Shown here: positions 8,035 to 16,598 of the stretch, piece by piece
How positions within the stretch are numbered: the first letter of the stretch is position 1
Layout: each line of letters starts with the position of its first letter
IMG/VR virus record: IMGVR_UViG_3300006810_000312
Span: 1-26,862 of that record
Direction: 5' to 3' (one strand)
Origin: a virus
Lineage: Duplodnaviria > Caudoviricetes
DNA length: 26,862 nt
Translations under genes and position numbers: made by a program
The notes under the pieces: model-generated
Told to the model about the DNA's origin: nothing
Databases searched by the model: none
The model's input: the letters and a program-made list of their open reading frames with translations, nothing else

Positions 8035-9619
8035 TCTAACTCTTCATATAGATGAAATAGATAAGCAATCTGTTTTAATAGAATGTGAAAACATAACCGC
8101 AAAAGACGAATCAAAATTAAGCTCTATCTTCGTTTCTTTTGGAGTTCAAAGCAATGGCAAAAATAACTATATACCCTTAGATGTCTGCTTAGATTTCACA
8201 AGAGCACTGAGGGCTGAGGGATTAGATGTAAATCCTTCTAAGAGTGTGAAAATGGCATTCTTCTTATATAAGAATATAGACTTATTGATGGTGGAAAGAG
8301 TCAAAAAGTCTAGTCTTTTTGAATACCAGAAAGAAGACGCTATATGGCTTGCCTCAAGAAAAAATGCCTTACTAGCGAATGAAATGGGAACGGGGAAAAC
8401 TCTAACAACCTTAATGGCTTTACCAGAGTTTGATAAATGTAGAGCGATTGTTGTATGCCCTGCTTCATTGAAAACTGTGTGGGAAGAGGAATGCAAAAAT
8501 TGGAGAAAAGATTTAAATCCCATCGTCCTTTCGGGGAAAAAGTCTTTTCGTCTACCATCAAGAGGAGAGCTATTAATTGTAAATTATGAAATACTACCAA
8601 TCGATCTTACCAGTAAAAAAATGCTCAAATCTTTTTACGATATATCAGTGGGCGATACTTATTTAATAGCTGACGAAGCTCATTATTTGAAGTCAGCAAA
8701 AAGCCAAAGATCTAAGATATTTAGAAGCTTAAGTAGAGAGGTGCTTAAAAATGATGGGAAAGTTTGGCTTATAAGCGGAACGCCCATGATGAACAACCCT
8801 CTGGAGATGTGGAATGTTTTGAGTGCCGCTGAATTGCACAGTGAGGCATTTTATAATTGGCCTCATTTTGTGAAAGTTTTTAATGGCGTGAAAAACGAAT
8901 GGAATGCATGGAAGTGGGGACACCCAAATCCAGAAGCAAAAGAGTTGATAAAAAAAGTGTCTTGCAGACGAACAAGGAAAGAAGTCTTGCCCAACCTTCC
9001 TTCTAAGTTTTACAGAAAATCCAAGATGACAATAAGCAGAGAAATTAAAGCTCTCTGTAATAGATTTATTAATTCTCTGGAAGGAATAGAAATTGATGAT
9101 CTTTTAGAAAGGTTGATATCTAACAAAGATGAAAAACTTAAGTTTGAAGAGATTTCAGAACTTAGGAAAGAATTAGCGTCTGCAAAAACCCCTTATATGC
9201 TATCATTAGTGGAAACATTTGAAGAGTCTCAAGAGCCTGTAGTTGTATTTTCTGCTCACACTTATCCCATAGAGGTTTTACAAAAAAGAAAAGGATGGAA
9301 AGTAATTACGGGAAGTACATCCAACGAAGATAGGGCGCAAGCTGTCAAGCTTTTCCAAGAAGGCAAACTCAAGGGAATAGGGGCAACCATAAAAGCAGGG
9401 GGAGTTGGCTTAACATTAACTAATGCACATCAAGCTGTATTTGTAGATTTAGATTGGACTCCTGCCATGAATCTGCAAGCCGAAGACCGTCTTTGTAGAA
9501 TAGGACAAACGAAAGGAGTAATAATAAATAGAATAGTAGCAGATCACATATTAGACCAAAGAATTATGTCTATACTTATAGAAAAGAAGAAGCTACTTGA
9601 ATCAGTTAGCCTCAACTAA
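8027..9619 (+). CDS. SNF2-family (SMARCAL1/HARP-like) helicase/ATPase
   Basis: LLANEMGTGKT, VVCPASLK, DEAH, SGTPMMN, GVGLTLT and WTPAMNLQAEDRLCRIGQ. Confidence 0.92.
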   Translation: MVNLTLHIDEIDKQSVLIECENITAKDESKLSSIFVSFGVQSNGKNNYIPLDVCLDFTRALRAEGLDVNPSKSVKMAFFLYKNIDLLMVERVKKSSLFEYQKEDAIWLASRKNALLANEMGTGKTLTTLMALPEFDKCRAIVVCPASLKTVWEEECKNWRKDLNPIVLSGKKSFRLPSRGELLIVNYEILPIDLTSKKMLKSFYDISVGDTYLIADEAHYLKSAKSQRSKIFRSLSREVLKNDGKVWLISGTPMMNNPLEMWNVLSAAELHSEAFYNWPHFVKVFNGVKNEWNAWKWGHPNPEAKELIKKVSCRRTRKEVLPNLPSKFYRKSKMTISREIKALCNRFINSLEGIEIDDLLERLISNKDEKLKFEEISELRKELASAKTPYMLSLVETFEESQEPVVVFSAHTYPIEVLQKRKGWKVITGSTSNEDRAQAVKLFQEGKLKGIGATIKAGGVGLTLTNAHQAVFVDLDWTPAMNLQAEDRLCRIGQTKGVIINRIVADHILDQRIMSILIEKKKLLESVSLN

Positions 9620-9633
9620 AGAAAGAAATAAAA

Positions 9634-11007
9634 ATGAACACTGAAATAGAATTAAAGAAAGTAATAGCTGACAAACAAATACAACCAAGAGAATCTATTT
9701 GCGAATCAGTTGTGGACGATTATGCGGATAGAATGAACGAAGGGGATGTATTCCCAGATGTTGTAGTTTTTTACGATGGGAAAAAGTATTGGTTAGCAGA
9801 TGGGTTTCACAGATATAGCGCAAGCAAAAAGATTAAAAAGGATACTATTCTTGCAACCGTAAAAGAGGGGACAAAAAGAGATGCTATTTGGTATGCTACG
9901 GGTGCAAACGCACACCATGGGAATAGGCTGAATAATGCTGACAAAAGAAAGATATTAAAGACTATACTTCAAGATGAGGAATGGTCTAAAAATAGTAACG
10001 TGAGTATAGCTAAGCACATAGGATGCTCAGAGGGATTAGTTAGAAAGCTTATAGATGAAAGCCAAGAAAAAAGACCTACTAAAAAAACTGCTAAAAGAAA
10101 TGGCAAGAGCTTAGAAATAGAGACTAAAAATATAGGGAATTCAGAAAAGCCCAAAGAAGCTGAGCTTCCAAATCCTGTCCCACAGGAACCTATAGAAGAA
10201 GAGCCTGTTGAAGATGTCATAGATCAAGCCATAGAGCAAGAGACATCAGAAGAAGCGCATACAGAAATAAATATAAGCTACCAAGATAAGTGTAGAGCTA
10301 TAAGAGCTATTTCTATACTCAAGCAATGTATTATAGAGATAAAAACAAAACCTTACTTGTCGTATCTATATACTGACCACATAGCACAAATAGAAGAAAA
10401 ATCAGATGATGTATATAATACATACATAGGCGACATAGATATACCAACTAAGCAAGATGCACAAAAGGCATCAAAGCACTTCAGTGAATGGATCGATCTT
10501 GGAAGACAGAAACCTACCGGAAGAGGCTCTAATGGAGTAAAAGATCACTCATCTTCTGAGGCAATAGAGTCAGTTGAGCTATGGGAAAATATAATAGGAT
10601 TTCCTCCAACCGCTAAAGAAGGAGACAGGAGAAAGTATGCACAAGAATTAGAAAAAATAGTCAGAATAGATGGGCAGACTTGGGACGTAGTTAAGGAAAT
10701 AATATACGGTGCTAAAGTGTGTTGGATAGACAATGGGATCGCAATACAATCCCCCCTTGGATTAAGGAAGCCTGTTAAATCTGGGGCATGTAAGAAATGG
10801 GAAAGCATTTGGGAGTCATACAGGAACCACCCCCAATATAAGCCGCTTCGCCCTGTTCCTAAATGCCCAGATTGTGGGAATGGGCTAAGAAGAGGCAACA
10901 TGACTAAAAATGGAAGAAAGTATAGCGTTTATATGTGTCCAGATCACCCACAATCCTCACTGAAAGTTGGACGCGCTTTTATGCCAGATAAGCTTGTGAG
11001 AGATTAG
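9634..11007 (+). CDS. ParB/Srx N-terminal domain + HTH + C-terminal Zn-ribbon protein; possible replication initiator
   Basis: YWLADGFHRY, NAHHG...DKRK, HTH SNVSIAKHIGCSEGLVRK, C-terminal CPDCG...YMCPDHP; lies directly upstream of dnaB. Confidence 0.7.
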   Translation: MNTEIELKKVIADKQIQPRESICESVVDDYADRMNEGDVFPDVVVFYDGKKYWLADGFHRYSASKKIKKDTILATVKEGTKRDAIWYATGANAHHGNRLNNADKRKILKTILQDEEWSKNSNVSIAKHIGCSEGLVRKLIDESQEKRPTKKTAKRNGKSLEIETKNIGNSEKPKEAELPNPVPQEPIEEEPVEDVIDQAIEQETSEEAHTEINISYQDKCRAIRAISILKQCIIEIKTKPYLSYLYTDHIAQIEEKSDDVYNTYIGDIDIPTKQDAQKASKHFSEWIDLGRQKPTGRGSNGVKDHSSSEAIESVELWENIIGFPPTAKEGDRRKYAQELEKIVRIDGQTWDVVKEIIYGAKVCWIDNGIAIQSPLGLRKPVKSGACKKWESIWESYRNHPQYKPLRPVPKCPDCGNGLRRGNMTKNGRKYSVYMCPDHPQSSLKVGRAFMPDKLVRD

Positions 11008-11070
11008 ATCTTAAAACAAAGATGAAGAAGGTGCTTTTGCGGCCCTTCTCACAGAAAGGATTAAATAAAA

Positions 11071-11382
11071 ATGGATCTTAAAATGAATGAAAAGAATGCA
11101 GTAGATTCAGAGCGTTGCATAATAGCTGTCTCTTTATCAGATAATAAAATGATACCTATCATAGCAGATAAAATAAAGCCAGACTTTTTTTATGATCAGT
11201 TTTGTGCTCGTTTATGGCGTATAATTTTAAAGCTATATGCTTCAGAAGATGCAGTAGATCAGATTATGGTGGGAAACGTATTAAAACTAAACAAAGATAA
11301 AGCCTCCTATGGAACAGTAATCGACTTAGCTAAGATTACAAGTGATTATTGGTTGCTCCTGCCTCAATCGATTCTCATATAA
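11071..11382 (+). CDS. dnaB: DnaB helicase N-terminal domain (first part of a frame-split gene)
   Basis: DSERCIIA...IKPDFFYD...LWRIILKLY...VDQIMV matches the DnaB N-domain pattern; AGAAAGG RBS at 11053. Confidence 0.8.
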   Translation: MDLKMNEKNAVDSERCIIAVSLSDNKMIPIIADKIKPDFFYDQFCARLWRIILKLYASEDAVDQIMVGNVLKLNKDKASYGTVIDLAKITSDYWLLLPQSILI

Positions 11383-12380
11383 AAATAGTTCGTGAGTACT
11401 GGCATAAAAGATCGTGCATAAAAGCACTTCACGAACATTTATCTAAAGCTAATGATGGGACTGAAACCACAGGTGAAGTCAGAGAATCGTTTAATCAAGC
11501 ATTATCAGATATAGATAGATCTTTAGATCTGGGCAACGACCTACAAATAGGCGTTGGCATAGACGATACTATTGCTGAATGGGGGAACAAAAGAGGCCCA
11601 TCTACAGGAATAAAAATGCTTGATGAGATAACTGGTGGCTTTATACCGGGCGATTACCATATATATGGAGCAAGGGCATCTATGGGAAAAACATCCCTTA
11701 TGTGCAACTTCATAAGATCGGTTTCTTTGATAGAATCTGTCCCTGCATTAGGATTTTCTTTGGAGATGTCCCGACAGAGAATGCAAACTAGGCTTATTGG
11801 GGCAGAGGCTAAGATATCACCTAAAAGACTTTTTATGAAAATTGGCATTAATAAGAATGAAGACATGAGAATAGACAAAGCGAAACTAAGATGGCAACAA
11901 TCACCTTTCTTTTTAGATGATCAATCGGGCCTATCTATAGAGCAACTTAGATTTAGGACCAGAAAGCATGTCCAAGAGAATGGTATTAAAGTTGTTTTTG
12001 TTGACTATTTGCAGTTAGTTTCTATCGAAGCAAAAAACATTACTAACAGGGAGCAAGAGGTAGCAAGGATAGCGGAGGGCTTGAAGGCTATAGGGAAAGA
12101 TTTAAATGTTTGCGTTGTGGCTTTCTCACAGCTTTCAAGGGAAACAGACAGGAGGATAGGAAACCGTCCAAGATTAACAGACTTGAGAGAATCTGGCGCA
12201 ATAGAGCAAGCGGCAGATATAATTGGGCTTATACATAGGCCAGAATACTACGGGACAACCTTTGACGAAGAGCACGGAGACATGAGAGGGAAAGCATACA
12301 TATACATAGACAAGCAAAGAAATGGAGAAACCGGAGAAGTAGAGTGTGAGTGGAACGATAAAATAGCACAATTTGCTTAA
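11349..12380 (+). CDS. dnaB: DnaB helicase linker and C-terminal ATPase domain (second part, -1 frame)
   Basis: GARASMGKT, FSLEMS, VDYLQL, SQLSR, DLRESGAIEQAAD and KQRNGETG. Confidence 0.92.
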   Translation: MVAPASIDSHIKIVREYWHKRSCIKALHEHLSKANDGTETTGEVRESFNQALSDIDRSLDLGNDLQIGVGIDDTIAEWGNKRGPSTGIKMLDEITGGFIPGDYHIYGARASMGKTSLMCNFIRSVSLIESVPALGFSLEMSRQRMQTRLIGAEAKISPKRLFMKIGINKNEDMRIDKAKLRWQQSPFFLDDQSGLSIEQLRFRTRKHVQENGIKVVFVDYLQLVSIEAKNITNREQEVARIAEGLKAIGKDLNVCVVAFSQLSRETDRRIGNRPRLTDLRESGAIEQAADIIGLIHRPEYYGTTFDEEHGDMRGKAYIYIDKQRNGETGEVECEWNDKIAQFA

Positions 12381-13246
12381 TGGAGAATATTAAAATGAAC
12401 TTAGAAAATATCCCTGTAATGGTAAAAGACGAGAAGTCTCTAATTGTAGAATGCAGAGATATATATGAAAGAAAAATAAAATCGCAATCAGAGGATATCA
12501 TATTTGGATTTTGGGAAATAGGATCAAGGTTTATACAATATGAAGCAGAGGGTTGGATAGAAAGAAAGCACGGAGAAGCGACGGTAACTAAAGTTGCTGA
12601 AAACTTAGGCATATACTATACGCAACTATATGCCGCAAAAGCTTTTGCAGGGAAATACCCTACAGAGCAAGACGTAAGAGAATTGCTTTTTTCTATGAAG
12701 GAAAAAGGCATATCAGCTACATGGACAAGCATAAGGACAAAAGTTTTACCTAAAAACGCAGGACTAAAAAAAGAAGAAAGACAACAGCAGTTGATGGGAG
12801 AAGGGGAAAAAGCGGCGGCAAAGGTTGAGCAGATAATAACTGAGCTTACTCAAGAAATAAACAGAGGGGAAGCATCGGACTCACAAGTAGAAGAGATGAT
12901 ATCGGTTAAAGAGACTCTGCAAAAAACAATGATAGAAGCAGATAAAGCGTTACAGGCTTTCCCAAAACCGCAAAGAGAGTCAGATGGAGACTACATTAGT
13001 TGGATAAAAAAACAACCAGAATGGGCATGTATTGCTACTGGAGACACTGAGGCTGACCCTCACCATGTTCAGACGGTGGGATCTGGAGGAAGTGATATAT
13101 TTATAGTCCCTTTATCTAGAGAAGAGCACACTAAAGCACACCACGGAGATTATTGGACGGGATATAAGCTAATAAACTTATGTAAGTGGTTTTATAGCAA
13201 GCATGAAATAGATCGCCGTTGGATAAAAGAAGGGAATGGGCAATAA
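12380..13246 (+). CDS. Protein with DUF1016-N-like start, coiled coil and C-terminal DUF968/HNH-like domain
   Basis: FWEIGSRF...HGEATVTKVAENLG at the N-terminus; YISWIKKQP...CIATG..ADPHH...DIFIVPLSREEHTKAH at the C-terminus. Confidence 0.6.
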   Translation: MENIKMNLENIPVMVKDEKSLIVECRDIYERKIKSQSEDIIFGFWEIGSRFIQYEAEGWIERKHGEATVTKVAENLGIYYTQLYAAKAFAGKYPTEQDVRELLFSMKEKGISATWTSIRTKVLPKNAGLKKEERQQQLMGEGEKAAAKVEQIITELTQEINRGEASDSQVEEMISVKETLQKTMIEADKALQAFPKPQRESDGDYISWIKKQPEWACIATGDTEADPHHVQTVGSGGSDIFIVPLSREEHTKAHHGDYWTGYKLINLCKWFYSKHEIDRRWIKEGNGQ

Positions 13247-13667
13247 AATGGAAAAATTGGAATTTGAAAAAAATTGCTCAGAATGGAATTCGGGTTCTTG
13301 GAGAGATTTAAAATTTGAAGATCTGAGCTACGATCAAGTTTTAAAGCTAAAGCTTTTTTTAGAGGAAGAAGTTACCAGAATAAAACTTCAAATAACTGGA
13401 GCAAAATCAAAAGCAAAAGAATCGGGAGAATATTCAGATATATCTTGGTTTAGAAATGCAAACTATGCGGCTAAGATGAGAGGCATAGCTTTAAACAAGT
13501 TGAACTACTTGGCTAAAATCAAAAAACCAGAAAAAGTTAAAAAGAATGAAACCAAGAGTATTTCTTGGGAAAGAATGTTTGTAAGGGTCGCAAGAAGAGA
13601 ATTGTCTGGAAAAGAATTTGATATATTTTGTGAATTAACTGACAAAGAAATGGATGATGAAAAATAA
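13236..13667 (+). CDS. Hypothetical protein
   Basis: 143-aa ORF overlapping both neighbours in the operon. Confidence 0.7.
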   Translation: MGNKMEKLEFEKNCSEWNSGSWRDLKFEDLSYDQVLKLKLFLEEEVTRIKLQITGAKSKAKESGEYSDISWFRNANYAAKMRGIALNKLNYLAKIKKPEKVKKNETKSISWERMFVRVARRELSGKEFDIFCELTDKEMDDEK

Positions 13668-13959
13668 AATTGGCGAGTTGTGGCTAGACGAAGTGGACGG
13701 TATTGGCGTTGACCCACCCGAAGACTTGCAATCTTTAAAAGATCAAATTGAACACATGAGAGTTAAACTCAAAAGACCAGTTGTAAAAGATAAAGAAATA
13801 ACGAAAGAGCTTTTACAATGGTGGTGGTGTTGGTTGCATATGCGCTATCATTCTATAGACAAAAGAACAAAGAATGGTAAAATTATAATTAAATTTTTTA
13901 ATGAAAGAGAGAAGAAGTATAAAGAAATATATGAAAGATCAATTTTGCAAAACTCATAA
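13654..13959 (+). CDS. Hypothetical protein
   Basis: 101-aa ORF at the end of the replication operon. Confidence 0.6.
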   Translation: MMKNKIGELWLDEVDGIGVDPPEDLQSLKDQIEHMRVKLKRPVVKDKEITKELLQWWWCWLHMRYHSIDKRTKNGKIIIKFFNEREKKYKEIYERSILQNS

Positions 13960-13987
13960 TTATTTTTTTATAAATCAATAAAAACAC

Positions 13988-14016
13988 TTGACGAGGCTGA
14001 CCCCATATATTAACTT
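13988..14016 (+). promoter_or_regulatory. Sigma70-type promoter candidate
   Basis: TTGACG-N17-TAACTT with an A/T-rich UP-like region upstream; same -35 hexamer as the 2225 promoter. Confidence 0.5.
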
Positions 14017-14054
14017 TGAAAAAGTTAGATTTATAATTATGGGGAACTAATAAA

Positions 14055-14255
14055 ATGTCTGATCTAAACGAAAAGCTTACCTCAATATCTGCTACTGTCA
14101 AAACTAAGAATATAGCAAAAGAAGTTTCTGCCTTAAGAAACGAACCTGTTTATATAATAATCGCAGAACTTTTAGAGAAGGAGCGAGATAGGCTAAGGAA
14201 TTGTGTCCCTAACACACCCTCGCCAGAAGTCGCAAAAGGGACACACGGAGAGTGA
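14055..14255 (+). CDS. Small putative ribbon-helix-helix DNA-binding protein
   Basis: Strand-helix-helix pattern TSISAT-VKTKNIAKEVSALR-EPVYIIIAELLEKE; first gene after a promoter. Confidence 0.45.
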   Translation: MSDLNEKLTSISATVKTKNIAKEVSALRNEPVYIIIAELLEKERDRLRNCVPNTPSPEVAKGTHGE

Positions 14256-14279
14256 AGGGCTTAAAGGCTCTTCACTCTC
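14248..14279 (+). terminator. Hairpin overlapping the stop codon
   Basis: GAGAGTGAAGGGC/GCTCTTCACTCTC 13-bp stem with one G-U pair; no U-tract. Confidence 0.45.
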
Positions 14280-14300
14280 TAACAGCCTTAAGAGTGAGAT

Positions 14301-14543
14301 ATGGAAAAACTTGCTATTATTGCCTTGGTGTGTTCTTGGTCTTTTTTCTTGGGATTTTTTATAGCAAGAATCACAGGGAGTGATTCAAAAAAACATAACA
14401 AGATAGAGTCTATACTCAAAAGACAAGAAGGTATACTAAGCTCCTATGAAATAGGCAATTCTAAGTCAGAGCTTACCCAAAGTGAGATATTAGAGCTTTT
14501 GACTTATTTCAGAGAAACTATTCACGCAATTAGAAATGCTTAA
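14301..14543 (+). CDS. Membrane-anchored hypothetical protein
   Basis: N-terminal hydrophobic helix LAIIALVCSWSFFLGFFIA. Confidence 0.65.
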   Translation: MEKLAIIALVCSWSFFLGFFIARITGSDSKKHNKIESILKRQEGILSSYEIGNSKSELTQSEILELLTYFRETIHAIRNA

Positions 14544-14544
14544 G

Positions 14545-14623
14545 ATGCGTCATTGCCAAGACCTATAAAATATCTAATAGATTTTTCTATGAAATATTTT
14601 AAAGTGAGCGATGGCGCATTTTT
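14545..14623 (+). other. Long intergenic stem-loop
   Basis: ATGCGTCATTGC/GCGATGGCGCAT (12 bp, two G-U), TAAAATAT/ATATTTTA and ATAGA/TCTAT nested stems, then a T-run. Confidence 0.65.
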
Positions 14624-14648
14624 CTATTATAAAACACTGGAAACATAA

Positions 14649-15386
14649 ATGGACTCTTCAATAATTATACCAACCTATAATCAAGATGTTTCATACTTAA
14701 GGGCTTGCCTCTTGAGTGCTAAACATCAAACGCATAAATGCGAAATAATAATAGTTGATGATGGCTCAACGCCTAATCAAGAAGAAACCGTTGTTGACGT
14801 TTTAGAGGGATACAGCGCAGAGTTCAACGTGCCTTGTATGTATATATACCAAGAAAACCAAGGCGTTTCTGGGGCTTTAAATAGAGGATTAGAAGAAGCA
14901 AAAGGCGAATATATACAATGGCTTCCTAGTGATGATTTATTTCACCCCTCAAAAACACAGATACAGCTTGAAGCTTTAAAAAGCAGAGATGCAAAAGTAG
15001 GATACACGGCATACCAAGAAGGAATACCTATCACAGCTAATACTTGGGGAGTAGCAGAGTATCCTAATCAAGAGTCTTTTTTTGAAGCGTTCAAAAAGCA
15101 TTGTTTTGTAAATGCCGCTACCATAATGTTTCACAGAAGCATTCTTGATGAGCTTGGCAATTTCGATTCTAATATGGTTCATTGCCAAGATTATGAATTT
15201 TTGTTGCGTATGGCAGAAAAATATAATTTTGTTGCAACAAACATACCCTTAGTGAGAAGAAGAGTTCACGAAGGGCAAATGATACAGACTTTAAAAGATC
15301 CAGAAGAAAAAGCTAAAAAAGACAAAGACATGGAATTTTTAAGAGATCGCTACGGAGTTAGCGGTCATGTTTGGATTCCAAGTTGA
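14649..15386 (+). CDS. GT2 family glycosyltransferase
   Basis: SIIIPTYN, EIIIVDDGS, ENQGVSGALNRGL, AKGEYIQWLPSDD and QDYEFLLR. Confidence 0.93.
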   Translation: MDSSIIIPTYNQDVSYLRACLLSAKHQTHKCEIIIVDDGSTPNQEETVVDVLEGYSAEFNVPCMYIYQENQGVSGALNRGLEEAKGEYIQWLPSDDLFHPSKTQIQLEALKSRDAKVGYTAYQEGIPITANTWGVAEYPNQESFFEAFKKHCFVNAATIMFHRSILDELGNFDSNMVHCQDYEFLLRMAEKYNFVATNIPLVRRRVHEGQMIQTLKDPEEKAKKDKDMEFLRDRYGVSGHVWIPS

Positions 15387-15503
15387 AGTTATACACTGCT
15401 AAAATCTTAACGAGGACGGGATTTTAAACGTGTATACTTTAGGGGGGAAGGATATATTAACAAGTCGCTAGAGCAGTTGCCTGTTTCCTTTATCCTTCCT
15501 CCC
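15386..15503 (+). other. Two adjacent long intergenic stem-loops
   Basis: AAGT(T)ATACAC..TAAAATCTT/GGGATTTTA..GTGTATACTT (15386-15439) and GGGGGGAAGGATA/TATCCTTCCTCCC (15442-15503). Confidence 0.65.
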
Positions 15504-15523
15504 ATTTTTACAAAGGTTATAAA

Positions 15524-16384
15524 ATGAAAATATGTGGCTTTCTACAGAATTATAATTGCGTTGAGAATGGCTTTTTAGAAAACTGCCTTATCTCAATGAG
15601 CAATATTTGCGACTATATAGTGGTTTATGATGATGCTTCCACTGAAGATGTTAGGCCCATATACAATAAATATAACTGTGTAGTTATATATGGTCATAAA
15701 AATGAATTTTACAGAGAATTACAGCATAAGCAAGAATTGCTCACTATCGCTTTGAGAGAAAATCCAGATTGGATATGTTGGTTTGACAGTGATGCAATAT
15801 TAGGCAAGGATTGGGAGTCTTATGATGATACAAGAGAGTCGCTTGTAAGTTGTGATGAAAAAGGTATCGTGCTTCTTCATCTACATAATCTAAACTTATG
15901 GAAATCTGATAGATTTTACAGGACAGATGAAAGCTTTAACGATTTATGGCACGGTGTTTTTTGGAAAAACACAGGAGAATTACATTATGTGCCTGTTCCC
16001 AAGCTACATCAAAAGCAATACCCCAGATTTTACTATGACCAAAACAAAGAAGTCGTAACAAGTAAATACACTGGATCTAAAGGCCAACTTATTCATTTAG
16101 GATTTTCAAGAACCGAAGAAATAGTAAAGAAGTATTTCACTTACAGGGAATTGGGACAAGAAGGTTGGGCCTTGAACCGTCTTGTAGATGAGACAAATTT
16201 AAGCATAGAGCATTTAGATGCTGAATGGCTTCCTTCTTGGTTTGAGCAAAATTCAAAGGAAGAATTTACTCTACAAGATGGGTGTTTTGGCGTAAAGGAG
16301 TTAGCTGAAATATCATCATATGATCACTGGAAGAGAGTTTGCTATGAATTGGATCGAAAAGAAGATAAAAATAGTATCCAATGA
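15524..16384 (+). CDS. GT2-like (GT-A fold) glycosyltransferase
   Basis: LENCLISMSNICDYIVVYDDASTED, PDWICWFDSDA (DxD) and LIHLGF. Confidence 0.85.
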   Translation: MKICGFLQNYNCVENGFLENCLISMSNICDYIVVYDDASTEDVRPIYNKYNCVVIYGHKNEFYRELQHKQELLTIALRENPDWICWFDSDAILGKDWESYDDTRESLVSCDEKGIVLLHLHNLNLWKSDRFYRTDESFNDLWHGVFWKNTGELHYVPVPKLHQKQYPRFYYDQNKEVVTSKYTGSKGQLIHLGFSRTEEIVKKYFTYRELGQEGWALNRLVDETNLSIEHLDAEWLPSWFEQNSKEEFTLQDGCFGVKELAEISSYDHWKRVCYELDRKEDKNSIQ

Positions 16385-16598
16385 CAAACCTATAAAAAGC
16401 ATAATTGATATTGCACCAAAAAATAACAAATGCCCAAATTGCAAATATGAAAACAAAGATAATATATCAGAAGAGTGGTATTATGTAGAGAATATAGGAT
16501 TAAGAATAGATGAAATACTCAACAATAATAAAATCGTAGATGAATTAGTATTCACCTGTAGAAAATGTGAAAAAAAGTTTAGAAACGCTATAGTATGA
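16344..16598 (+). CDS. Small Zn-ribbon protein
   Basis: CPNC...FTCRKCEKKF; ATGA overlap with the next gene; start uncertain (16320 or 16344). Confidence 0.6.
   Translation: MNWIEKKIKIVSNDKPIKSIIDIAPKNNKCPNCKYENKDNISEEWYYVENIGLRIDEILNNNKIVDELVFTCRKCEKKFRNAIV

Noticed and set aside
11071-12380. Intein or intron in dnaB explaining the split
   Set aside because: The combined length is normal for DnaB, with no extra sequence or splicing motifs.
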